Part shown: positions 1 through 9,824 of the stretch, piece by piece | Layout of the letters: every line of letters begins with the position of its first letter | Numbering within the stretch: position 1 is the stretch's first letter | NCBI GenBank assembly: GCA_963700285.1 | Contig: CAVOXA010000010.1 | Coordinates: 704,001 to 768,000, forward strand | Length of the DNA: 64,000 nucleotides | DNA from: an uncultured Chloroflexia bacterium | GTDB lineage: Bacteria; Chloroflexota; Anaerolineae; JAAYZQ01 | Direction: 5' to 3' | The notes under the pieces: model-generated | The model's input: only the letters and a program-made list of their open reading frames with translations | Told to the model about the DNA's origin: nothing | The model's database searches: none | Program-made: the position numbers and the translations under genes

Positions 1-2578
1 CCACATGCCAGGTTCTTGATCCACCTTGCTGTCCCACGCCGTGGTTGGGTCACCATCGAATGCCAGCGCCGCCTCCTGGGTATTGTGACTCGCCCGGGTT
101 GACCAGGGAACCGAGAGTGACCTCACCCCTTCCACAACTGCCACGGCGACTCCTAGTGGCGCCCCACCCCGGCGGAAGAACCAGGTCTGGCCCTCTTCTA
201 CCAGATCCCAGCGCAGGAGATAGTATCCTGGCACGGCAGGCGTCTTGAAGGGTACGTCGGTCAGGTCTACGGAATCCCCCGAGGGCACATCCTGCGGCAG
301 TTGGGTGCGGAAGGTGTCCCACGGTTCCGAGAGTCTGCCATCTTCGGTAAACCAGTTGTAGGCCAAATGAACAGGAGAGCTTCCACCGGAGGCCCAGAGC
401 TTTGTCCCGACATTGCGCAGTCGCAGGCTGGCACGCAGTTCCTGTCCGGGCAGCATTTGGGCCGACCAAGGCTCCAGCGCATGCCACTCCACCAGGTATT
501 CGGGCGGAAGGATCTGAACGGGATACTGTGCCACAGCGACACCTTGGCTGGAGAGCCAGATGCCAGCCTGATTCAGGTCCCACACCAGCCGGTAGGCGCC
601 GGGTATCTGTGGGGTGACAAAGGCCACATCCGGCAAGGTAGCCACCTCGCCCGAACCGATGGTATTGGGCAGTGGCCAAGTTGGGTCATCGTCCACGGGT
701 ACTTCCCCATCCTGCGTATCTAGCCAACGATAGCCCAGGCGGACCGCCTCGGGGCCAGAGTGGGGCCAAGGCTTGGTACCGACGTTCTTGACCTCGATAT
801 AGGCGCTGCTCAACTGACCAGCGACCAACCGGTCGGGAGTGAGGGCCTTGAGCCACTCGGCCGCATAGTCTGGCAGGGCGGATGCGACCGTCACGTCAAC
901 CTCGTAGACGGGCGAGCCCTTCCACTGGAACCAGACGACGAATTCGTGTACCATGTCCATCTGCAGGATATAATGGCCCGGTTCTGCCGGAAACTGAAGA
1001 TTGGCATTGAGCAAGATCGCCTCGAGGGGTGCCACCTCCTGGCCGATGGGAGTCCGTAGACCGTCAGCCACGACGACGTTGTGATTGATATCTAGCCACT
1101 TGTACGCGAGATTCACCGGGTTGGGTCCGCTTGGAGGCCAGGTCATTGATCCCTCATTACGTACCTGTACAGGAAAGGTCATCGTCTCGCCGGCTCTTCC
1201 CTCTGTAGGTGCATCTACGCTGAGCCAGGCCACCCGGTAGCGGGCCCCGACTCGAACCTCCTTTCTCTTCCAGGTTGGGGAGCCTTGGTCAGCAAACCAA
1301 CCATGCTCGCCTTCGACCAGGTCGACTTCTAGGGTGTAATAGCCAGGAACGGAGGGCGCCCGCACACGCATGCTCGGTACCGTAACAGTTTGCCCTGCGG
1401 CGACCGTCTGGGGCAGGTTGGTACGCATACCCTGGATGATACTGCCATCGGCCGTATACCAGCGATAACCCAAACGGACAGCCTGGGTGCCGGTGTTTGC
1501 CCACGTGTGGCGTCCATCGTTGCGGATCCTGACTTTGAAGCCGACGCTCTTCCCCGGGTTGCATCACGGTAGGTGCGTTCACTTCCAGCCAAGCCACCAG
1601 GTACTCGGGCTCGGTCTCGGGCAATACGACCCGGTACTGATTGTTCATCGCGTCGCGAAAATCGTCTTGCACGCCCGGCTTGTTCTCGATGGCCCAACCA
1701 ACCTGTTGGGGATCATTTGGATTGCCGATGATCCAGCGGAAAAGGATCAAGGCCTGGATGGGTTGTTCCCCAGTACTCTGGTTCCAGTCATTGATCTCCC
1801 GGTAGGCATTGCGCACCCAGCCCGTATTCTGGTTCCGCCAGGATACGTACTGGTCCGTTTCGGTAATATACACAGGACGGTTCCGCAGCGATTCCGGGAT
1901 CGCGCCCATAAAGTCACGATAGGCGCGAAAGTGCCAGTGATGATTGGCAAAAGGGGGATTCATGGTGGCATTACTGAACACATAATTGGGGTCCTGGCCG
2001 TGGGTGTAGGTGTGGATAGATATGCCATCGACCGCGCTACCCAGCAGGTTCAGGATATCGGCGAAATACTTGACCCAGTCACCGTTTTGATTGGTAGGGT
2101 ACGTGGTCTGGGTGTTCCACGGGCCCACAGCGCCGACAACGACCTGGTCATCACTGTGTCCGGGGCGGCGGTGGATCTCGCCCCTGCACTTTCGGAAGCA
2201 CTCGGCGTAGAGGTCCGGTGTGATCACCTGGCCATCGGGTCCGCCAGGCCGCTCCCAGGCCAGATTCATCTCATTGCCAATGATCCAGATGTGGCAGCCA
2301 GGGCTGGCCTGCACAAAATTCCCGCAGCGCCGGGCAAAATCATCATACTGGGCAGAGAAGGGGATGGTGCCACCGGTCCCATAGCCATTGTTCAGACGGG
2401 CCATGACGCCCAACCCCTTGTTGGTCAGATCGGTATAGTTGCTGCCGCTGTGGTTGTTGGGATCGGACCCCAGCGCTTCTGTGACCAGAACCCAGCCACG
2501 CTTGCCCTTCTCCAGCATCAGGTGCTCGCCACCGCGGTCATGCATCCCGAATATGTATGGGGGATAGATTTCAGGCAT
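1..2578 (-). CDS. Large multidomain protein: N-terminal glycoside-hydrolase-like domain, four NBR1-like Ig repeats, then the start of an F5/8C (discoidin)-like domain; one frameshift near 1552-1555; runs off the window
   Basis: ORF 1289-2578 (WIIGNEMN, VYITE acid/base and nucleophile-like motifs). Removing one G from CCCGGGGAAG gives a continuous frame to position 1 (PGKSVGFKVRIRNDGRHTW...VRLGYRW...PGYYTLEVDLV, repeated 4x, then ASHN...AFDGDPTTAWDS). Confidence 0.75.
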
Positions 2579-2699
2579 CCTTCACCTCCTGCACCGTTGG
2601 TATCGGCCCTTCGAATCTCTAGTATTGTCTATTATACCCTCAAACGCACAAAGAGGCAAGGTGTTTTTCTGTCTGCCGGAGGTATGGTATACTGGCGCC

Positions 2700-5612
2700 A
2701 TGCAAGCGCCAGCACGGTGGCGGACGACGCCGACTGACAGGTCACGCAGGTTGAGAGCACAGCACCTTGTTCTGGGGACACTGATCTTGGTGGCCCTGGG
2801 TCTGCGGCTGGCTTATCTCAGGTTTCAACCCCTCTGGTGGGACGAAGGCTGGAGCGTCTACTTTGCCACCACCGACCCGGGGGCGATGCTTGGCCTTACG
2901 GCCGTAGACATCCACCCCCCTTTCTACTATGTTCTTCTCTATCTGTGGATAGCGGTCCTGGGATCCAGCGTCTTTTCTGTCAAACTCCTGTCGGTATTGA
3001 TTGGCACGGTCACTGTCCCCCTCCTGTTTGTCACAGGGCGACGGCTTTCAGGCGGAATCGCCGGGCTGGTAGCCGCAGGCCTGCTGGCCATTTCACCGTT
3101 TCACATCTACTACTCCCAGGAAGTACGGATGTATGTGCTGGTCACACTCCTGAGTCTGGTGGCCTTCGACTCCGCTTTGCGGTGGAGGTTGGCGAGTGGT
3201 GAACGGATAGCGGATCTCAGGTATTGGGGTTCAGGGCTGGGGTATGTGCTGGCCGCGACGTTGGCGCTGTATACGCAGTATTACGCTGCGTTTGTCCTGC
3301 TGGCACTGAACATCAGTATGCTCATCTGCTGGCTTCGAGGCCGGCGTGGGGTTCGCAAGATCCTACCCTGGCTGGGCGCACAGGCTGCTGTGGCGCTGCT
3401 ATACCTGCCGTGGCTGTGGTATGCAGGACCCAAACTGCTCACCTATGTACGCTTCAAAGTCAGCGTCGAGGGGGATCCGTCGCTGGGCTTTCTCAACTAT
3501 GTGAGCAGTCACCTAAGTACCTTCAATTGGGGACACGCCGAAGGCTTCCTGGCAGGTTGGTGGTGGCTGGGTCTGCTGTCCTTGATTGTGCTCCTAGTGA
3601 GCTGCGCTGTTCTTGTGTGGCGGAAGGCACGCCAAGACGGCCTTGGTCATGTGCTGTTGGGGATTTGGGATTGGGTATTGACCGTTGGTCATTGGCCACT
3701 GGTGATAGTCCTGGTTGCTCTCATGTGTGGCTTTCTCGTCAATCGTGTTTTTCCCTTCAATCCTCCTCGGAGCGAGCGGTTGCTGCTGCTGGCCCTGCCT
3801 GCCTACTTGATGCTTGTGGCTTCCGTTCTGCTTGGATTGTGGCGCGAGCGACACTCGCTGGCCATTCTTCCTGCTGTGTCGCTGGTGGCTGTCGCGATTC
3901 TGTCACTTGTCTTCTTCTACACTGTGCTCCGCTATCCCGATGACGACTATCGCCCCCTGGCTGCCCAGGTACGAGCCCAGGCTCGACCCACGGATGCCAT
4001 CATCGCCGTCCACCCCTGGCAGGTGGGCTATTTTCAGGCCTATATCCCTGATGACGATGCCCGTCCCAGTCTCATTCTGACACCCCGTCAGGTACTGCCC
4101 CGTGAGCGCCAGCTCTGGGCCGATGACCCGGCGCTGATGGCCGCTGGCCTGGACGCCCTGCTGGCCGAGAATGACAGGGTCTGGCTGCTGGATCATCAGG
4201 CCATGGCTCGAGTGTTAGAACGCCAGATCGAGGCTTACTTGGTCGAGCAGGCGTATCCTGTCTTGAGCCAGTGGTACGGCGAAAACTCCGTTCTGTCCTT
4301 GTTCACCGCGGGAGAACAGGCCGCACTGCCGGTATCTGCCCGGTTTGGAGAGTGGCTTGCCCTGGAAGAGGCCACTCTGAACGCCGATCCGATCCAGGCC
4401 GGCTGGGGGATCGTCACCACTGATCTGGCCTGGCGGCTGTTAGAGCGTCCTGGAGAGCGGTACCACATAGGTTTGCGTCTGGTCGATGGGATGGGGCGCG
4501 TCTGGGCGCAACGTGATAGTAATCCACGGGGCGGGTTGCAGCACTTTTTCGAGTGGCCGGTGGGGGACGCACGTCTGGACCGCCATGGTCTATTGGTACC
4601 GCCTGGCACACCACCGGGCAATTACCACGTCACGCTGCGGGTCTATCGCAGCAAAGATCTGGAGGTACTGCCGGCCACATTCAAAGGGGGTAGCGGCGGC
4701 GAAGTGGTGCTGGGGACAGTTCGGATCGTCCGGCCCAACCCCTCGCCGCCCGTGGAGGCCCTCGCAGTCGACAGGCCACTTCTTGCTGATTTTGGCGACC
4801 GCCTGAGGCTGCTGGGCTTCTCGATGGATAGTGATGCGGTACTACGGCCCGGTGAGGCCGTGGAAGTTGAACTGTTCTGGCAGGCTCTGGGTGACCCAGG
4901 GGAGGATTTCCTCCCCCAGTTGCGGCTGCTGGACGCCGATGGTACGAGCGTAGCTGAGCTGACGGAAAAACCTGTAGCGGGCACCTATCCTACGGCGTGG
5001 TGGCGGGATGGAGAGATGGTGCGTGATCCCCATGCTCTCCCTGTTCCGGCTCTGGTACCGGCGGGTGGCTATCGCCTGGCGCTTGGCCTGATCCGCGCCG
5101 CCGGTGACGTGCCGGTGGAAATGCAGGATGGGGCAACAACCGTAGATTTGGGCAACGTAGAGATCCAAGACCGTGAGCACCTCTATTGGCCATCATTTCC
5201 AGCTCACTTCCAGCAAGCACAGTTTGGTCCGTCTGTTGAGTTGATGGGCTACGATGTTCGCGAAGCCATACGCGCCCCCGGCTCGCCTCTAGAGGTGACG
5301 CTGCATTGGCACGCGCTGGAAACGCCCGACAAAGGCTACTATAGCTTTGTCCATCTGTTGGACGAGGAAGAGGAGATCGTCGCCCAGCACGATGGACCTC
5401 CAGGTGAGAGTGAGTTGCCAACTTTGGGCTGGCTGCCGTCCGAGTACCTGACCGATACCCACTTGCTTCAGCTTCCCTTTGACCTGGATGACGGGATCTA
5501 TCGGCTGGCTGTGGGGCTCTATGATCCGATCACTGGTCAGCGCCTCGGGGAACGACTCTTGCTCGACAAGCCTGTACCGGTGAAAGCCAATGGGGGCTGC
5601 AACTGCCGATGA
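2700..5612 (+). CDS. GT-C (GT39/PMT-like) membrane glycosyltransferase with C-terminal extracytoplasmic Ig-like repeats
   Basis: LWWDEGWS, DIHPPFYY and YYSQEVRMY motifs; many transmembrane segments; three repeated LxW...PGxYxL domains. Confidence 0.85.
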   Translation: MQAPARWRTTPTDRSRRLRAQHLVLGTLILVALGLRLAYLRFQPLWWDEGWSVYFATTDPGAMLGLTAVDIHPPFYYVLLYLWIAVLGSSVFSVKLLSVLIGTVTVPLLFVTGRRLSGGIAGLVAAGLLAISPFHIYYSQEVRMYVLVTLLSLVAFDSALRWRLASGERIADLRYWGSGLGYVLAATLALYTQYYAAFVLLALNISMLICWLRGRRGVRKILPWLGAQAAVALLYLPWLWYAGPKLLTYVRFKVSVEGDPSLGFLNYVSSHLSTFNWGHAEGFLAGWWWLGLLSLIVLLVSCAVLVWRKARQDGLGHVLLGIWDWVLTVGHWPLVIVLVALMCGFLVNRVFPFNPPRSERLLLLALPAYLMLVASVLLGLWRERHSLAILPAVSLVAVAILSLVFFYTVLRYPDDDYRPLAAQVRAQARPTDAIIAVHPWQVGYFQAYIPDDDARPSLILTPRQVLPRERQLWADDPALMAAGLDALLAENDRVWLLDHQAMARVLERQIEAYLVEQAYPVLSQWYGENSVLSLFTAGEQAALPVSARFGEWLALEEATLNADPIQAGWGIVTTDLAWRLLERPGERYHIGLRLVDGMGRVWAQRDSNPRGGLQHFFEWPVGDARLDRHGLLVPPGTPPGNYHVTLRVYRSKDLEVLPATFKGGSGGEVVLGTVRIVRPNPSPPVEALAVDRPLLADFGDRLRLLGFSMDSDAVLRPGEAVEVELFWQALGDPGEDFLPQLRLLDADGTSVAELTEKPVAGTYPTAWWRDGEMVRDPHALPVPALVPAGGYRLALGLIRAAGDVPVEMQDGATTVDLGNVEIQDREHLYWPSFPAHFQQAQFGPSVELMGYDVREAIRAPGSPLEVTLHWHALETPDKGYYSFVHLLDEEEEIVAQHDGPPGESELPTLGWLPSEYLTDTHLLQLPFDLDDGIYRLAVGLYDPITGQRLGERLLLDKPVPVKANGGCNCR

Positions 5613-5686
5613 TTAGATCTGGATTGGCCAGCCTTTGTGGGGCCAACTACCAGACTCTGAATGGTGTCGATCGAAAGGATGGAGAA

Positions 5687-7150
5687 ATGAAAAAAGATGG
5701 TCGCCTTGAAATTCAGAATGTGAGAGGGCAGATCGTGGGGGTGGATGTCCAGGTGCCGCTGTTGGATGGGTCGCACCGGCAGTATGTGAACTTTGACAAT
5801 GCTGCCAGCACGCCTGCGCTTCGGCCAGTTTATGACAAAGTGAACGAGTTCCTGGCCTGGTACTCTAGCGTCCATCGGGGAACCGGTTTCAAGAGCCAAA
5901 TTGCTACCGAAGCTTATGAGCTTGCACACGAGTGTGTAGCCTGTTTTGTTGGCGTCGAGCCTGAAACCAATACGGTCATCTTTGGCAAGAATACTACGGA
6001 GGCGATCAACAAGCTGGCCCGCCGCTTCCCCTTGAAAACACAGGATGTAGTGCTCTGTTCCCTTCTGGAGCATCATTCCAACGATCTGCCCTGGCGCCAA
6101 CGGGCTCAGCTTGTCCACGTGGCGGTCGACGATGAAGGGCGGCTGGACGAAGAAGACTATGATCGCCTATTGCGCTTGTATGCTGGCAGGGTCAAGCTGG
6201 TCGCAATCAGCGGCGCGTCGAACGTGACCGGCTATCTGCCACCTGTCCACCACCTGGCAGAGAAAGCACATGCCGCGGGGGCCAAGATCCTGGTGGACGC
6301 GGCCCAAATGGCTCCACACCGGGTGGTGCGCATGCTCCCTGACGACGATCCGGGGCACCTCGATTTCGTGGCCCTGTCAGCACACAAGATGTACGCACCC
6401 TATGGCACAGGGGCGTTGATCGGCCCGATATCGGTCTTTGAGAAGGGTACGCCGGACCAGGTAGGTGGGGGTACGGTAGATATTGTGACCGTGGATGACG
6501 TCTGGTGGACCAGCCCGCCGGACCGAGACGAAGCGGGCAGTCCCAACGTCGTTGGCGCGGTGGCCCTGGCCCAGGCGATTCTCAGCCTGGAGGAAATCGG
6601 CATGGAGGCCCTGGCCACACATGAGGCAAAGCTGACCGCCCACGCGCTTCGCCGCCTGCAAAAGATCGAAGGCGTGGAGGTTTATGGTTTGACTGATCCC
6701 GAGCACGCCAGTGAGCGGCTGGGCGTCATTCCCTTCAATGTGAAGGGAGTGGACCACTACAAAGTGGCAGCGGTGCTCAGCTTTGAGGGGGGCATCGGCG
6801 TGCGGAATGGTTGCTTCTGCGCCCATCCCTACATTTTGAGACTAATGAACGTGTCTGCAAAAGAAGCACTGCGCCACCAGCAGGACATCGTGGACGGCAC
6901 GCGGGTGGGTCTGCCCGGGTTGGTACGCATCAGCTTTGGCTGCTACAATACCATCGAGGAAGTCGACCACGTGATAGAGGTCCTGGCCCGGATCGCGGCT
7001 GGCGAGATCCACGGCGATTATGAGCAAGATCTGATTTCGGGTGCCTGCTGGCCACGGGGCTTTGAGCCCGATTACGAGCAGTACTTTGCCTTTCAATGCG
7101 GCTTGCGAGCGCGGCCTCGAGCACAGCGCCAGCCTCATTGTGGTGTATAG
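5687..7150 (+). CDS. Class V PLP aminotransferase, cysteine desulfurase/selenocysteine lyase (SufS/CsdA-like)
   Basis: NFDNAAST, EHHSNDLPW, SAHKMYAP (PLP lysine) and RNGCFCAHPY; GGAG SD before ATG 5687. Confidence 0.85.
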   Translation: MKKDGRLEIQNVRGQIVGVDVQVPLLDGSHRQYVNFDNAASTPALRPVYDKVNEFLAWYSSVHRGTGFKSQIATEAYELAHECVACFVGVEPETNTVIFGKNTTEAINKLARRFPLKTQDVVLCSLLEHHSNDLPWRQRAQLVHVAVDDEGRLDEEDYDRLLRLYAGRVKLVAISGASNVTGYLPPVHHLAEKAHAAGAKILVDAAQMAPHRVVRMLPDDDPGHLDFVALSAHKMYAPYGTGALIGPISVFEKGTPDQVGGGTVDIVTVDDVWWTSPPDRDEAGSPNVVGAVALAQAILSLEEIGMEALATHEAKLTAHALRRLQKIEGVEVYGLTDPEHASERLGVIPFNVKGVDHYKVAAVLSFEGGIGVRNGCFCAHPYILRLMNVSAKEALRHQQDIVDGTRVGLPGLVRISFGCYNTIEEVDHVIEVLARIAAGEIHGDYEQDLISGACWPRGFEPDYEQYFAFQCGLRARPRAQRQPHCGV

Positions 7151-7190
7151 CAGTCTTTCTCAGGCTGTCGTGCAATGAGTCCTGACGCAA

Positions 7191-7217
7191 GAGACCTCAC
7201 CACTGCGGTGAGGTCTC
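7191..7217. terminator. Hairpin between convergent genes, probably a bidirectional terminator
   Basis: GAGACCTCACC-ACTGC-GGTGAGGTCTC perfect inverted repeat. Confidence 0.6.
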
Positions 7218-7253
7218 CTCTCTGTCTGCATGGGTAGGGTGAGAGCGGACTGG

Positions 7254-8654
7254 CTACTTTTGGATTCCCCCCTCTGTCATTCTACGGGCATCGAGGATGC
7301 GATCCGCCTCAGCCGCAGTCAAGTAGCCCTTTTCCACGACGACCTCTTTGATGGTCCGGCCTGTGGCCATGGCTTCCTTGGCCACCTCAGCACCCTTGAG
7401 ATAGCCAATGACGGGATTGAGGGCGGTGACCAGGATGGCGTTCTTGGCCAGCCAGCCTTCCGCTTTGTCTCGGTTGGCCGTGATTCCGACCACACATTTG
7501 TCGGTAAAGGCTCGCATGGCGCCGATGAGTACCTGCATCATCTCAAAGAGGTCGTGGGCGATAATAGGCATCATCACGTTCAGTTCAAGCTGGCCCGCCT
7601 GCCCGGCCATCATGACCGTCAGGTCATTGCCCAAGACGTGGAAACAGGCCATGTTGAGCATCTCGGCCAACACAGGGTTCACCTTGCCGGGCATAATGCT
7701 GCTGCCCGGCTGCACAGCAGGCAGGTGGATCTCGTCCAGGCCCGTGGACGGTCCGCTGGACAACAGGCGAAAGTCGTTGGCGATGCGGTTCAGGGTGACA
7801 GCCAGGGTGCGCATCGAGGCCGAGAAATCCACGGCATCGGCCAGGCTCTGCATCGACTCAAAGTGGTTGTCTGACTCGTAGAGTTCCAAGCCGCTGATTT
7901 CCGAAAGCTTGACCACCATGCGGGCGTGGTACTCGGGATGGGCGTTCAGGCCGGAGCCAGTCGCCGTCCCGCCGATACCCAGGCGCCGGAGTCCCTCGGC
8001 TCCTCGCCTCAGGCGTACGGCGTCACGCTCAACGGCGCGGGCATAGGCCCCAAACTCTTGCCCCAATCGCACCGGGACGGCGTCCTGCAAATGGGTACGC
8101 CCCGACTTGACGACGTCGTCAAACTCGGCGGCCTTGTTGAACAATTCGCCAGCCAACCGGTCGGCCTCGCCAGTCAGCTCGTCCAATCGCCATAGGCAGC
8201 CCAGGCGAATGGCCGTGGGGATGGTGTCGTTGGTGCTCTGGGCCATGTTCACGTGATCGTTGGGGTGCACCGGCTTTTGGGAGTCATCAACCTGGTAACC
8301 CAGGATCTGGTTGGCACGGTTGGCGATCACCTCGTTGATGTTCATGTTGTGGCTGGTACCCGCACCGGCTTGGAAGGGATCCACCACAAACTGCTTGTCC
8401 CAACGGCCTTGGACGACCTCTTGCGCTGCTTGAACGATGGCCTGCCCATGCTCGTTGTCCAGCAGGCCCAGGTCCATGTGGACCATGGCCGCGGCCTGTT
8501 TGATGGCGGCCATGCCCCAGATAAAGGCACGATAGGGCTTCATGCCGGAAACGGGAAAGTTGTGGACAGCACGCATGGTCTGAGCACCATAAAGGGCATC
8601 GGCTGGTACTTGGATTTCGCCCAAAGAGTCTTTTTCGATTCTGATATCGCTCAT
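7254..8654 (-). CDS. aspA: Aspartate ammonia-lyase (fumarase/aspartase superfamily)
   Basis: GSSIMPGKVNP, KSGRTHLQDA and AGAGTSHNMN (closer to AspA than to FumC GSGT). Confidence 0.8.
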   Translation of the reverse strand: MSDIRIEKDSLGEIQVPADALYGAQTMRAVHNFPVSGMKPYRAFIWGMAAIKQAAAMVHMDLGLLDNEHGQAIVQAAQEVVQGRWDKQFVVDPFQAGAGTSHNMNINEVIANRANQILGYQVDDSQKPVHPNDHVNMAQSTNDTIPTAIRLGCLWRLDELTGEADRLAGELFNKAAEFDDVVKSGRTHLQDAVPVRLGQEFGAYARAVERDAVRLRRGAEGLRRLGIGGTATGSGLNAHPEYHARMVVKLSEISGLELYESDNHFESMQSLADAVDFSASMRTLAVTLNRIANDFRLLSSGPSTGLDEIHLPAVQPGSSIMPGKVNPVLAEMLNMACFHVLGNDLTVMMAGQAGQLELNVMMPIIAHDLFEMMQVLIGAMRAFTDKCVVGITANRDKAEGWLAKNAILVTALNPVIGYLKGAEVAKEAMATGRTIKEVVVEKGYLTAAEADRILDARRMTEGGIQK

Positions 8655-8738
8655 CACTCCTCCGCGAATGCTGCCAGCTATCAGCTTTTAGAGTGCCCCA
8701 AGGAGGATAGCTGACAGTTGTAGGTCGAGAGCCTCTGC

Positions 8739-9656
8739 TCAGGCATTCAGATAGGAATCGGCATAGATGACCTGGTTGGTGAGTACCTGCACGGTCCTGT
8801 AAAGATTGACATGTTCGGGATCCGACTGATCAACCGAGGCGCTATCCAGCTCTATGTCGGACTTGGTCACGTCGTACAGGCGCAGAAGCAGCCGGTCGTA
8901 GGAGGTAGTTGCATCGCGCTCTCGTACCAGCCGGATGACCTCCATCAACTCAGGATCCAGGGGGTTGGCCACCAGAACATCTACGCCGGCTGCCAGGAGC
9001 ATGGTCGCGTAGGCCTGGGTGATGTAGGCCTTGGCTGCGTCGGCGGCGCCATCGGCCACGTCATCGAGGTGGATCAGGGTGTTAGGCGCAGGATCGGCAG
9101 CCACCTTGAGCAAGCGTAGTGTCTCAACCGTGGCTGGGATCATGGGCTGGTCACAAGATAAGGAAGCGACCAACGGATCTATGTAAACGTCGGCTTGGGT
9201 GAGGCCGGAACCAAGCGCCTGGGGCAAGAGCGTTTCGCTGGTCAACGTCAGTCGCTCCTCCGTCGTTGTCGGCAGCCCGCCTGGACAGGCAGAGATGACC
9301 AGCTTGGCCCCATAGCGCCTTGCCAGCGTGACATAGGGGGCCAGGTCGACGATCCCGGGCAAGGTGGCATCTATCATACTCTTTACCCTGGCTGCCTGGA
9401 GGCCCGCCTCCAGTGCGACCGGGTCATCGCTGCGCAGGACCAAGGGGATGGATACCTCGTCGTGAATGGCCTCCACCAACCAGGCTAACTCCTGCGCGGC
9501 GTTCTTGCGTTGGGGTCCAAAGTCCACCAACAGCCAGTTGGCACCAGCCTCCACCTGCTGGCGAGCCAAGGTCTTGAACAGCGACTCACGTCGCTGCGTG
9601 ATGGCAGCCGCCAATATCAGCCGCCCTACTCGAATCTGATTTCCAATCAATATCAT
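8739..9656 (-). CDS. Pterin-binding TIM-barrel protein, AcsE/MeTr-like but divergent
   Basis: MILIG...ARQQVEAGANWL, YIDPLV and AAGVD...NPLD layout matches methyltetrahydrofolate:corrinoid methyltransferases. Confidence 0.65.
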   Translation of the reverse strand: MILIGNQIRVGRLILAAAITQRRESLFKTLARQQVEAGANWLLVDFGPQRKNAAQELAWLVEAIHDEVSIPLVLRSDDPVALEAGLQAARVKSMIDATLPGIVDLAPYVTLARRYGAKLVISACPGGLPTTTEERLTLTSETLLPQALGSGLTQADVYIDPLVASLSCDQPMIPATVETLRLLKVAADPAPNTLIHLDDVADGAADAAKAYITQAYATMLLAAGVDVLVANPLDPELMEVIRLVRERDATTSYDRLLLRLYDVTKSDIELDSASVDQSDPEHVNLYRTVQVLTNQVIYADSYLNA

Positions 9657-9824
9657 GGTTGTCCTCCAGGATCAAGATCTCGGTTGGGTCTCGACCTCGA
9701 GAGGACGACCGCGGTGTCGCAACAGTGAAACGTAAAATGTGAACCGGGCGAGAGGCATTGCACAGCGCAATGCCTCTCTTTCCTTATCGATCAGAAAGGG
9801 GAAAAGCCCATAGCGGCATCTACT

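Noticed and set aside
1487-2737. Long antisense or alternative-frame ORFs (e.g. 1487-2737 +, 43078-44103 -, 61254-62552 -)
   Set aside because: Shadow ORFs of well-supported genes in GC-rich DNA, with no motifs.
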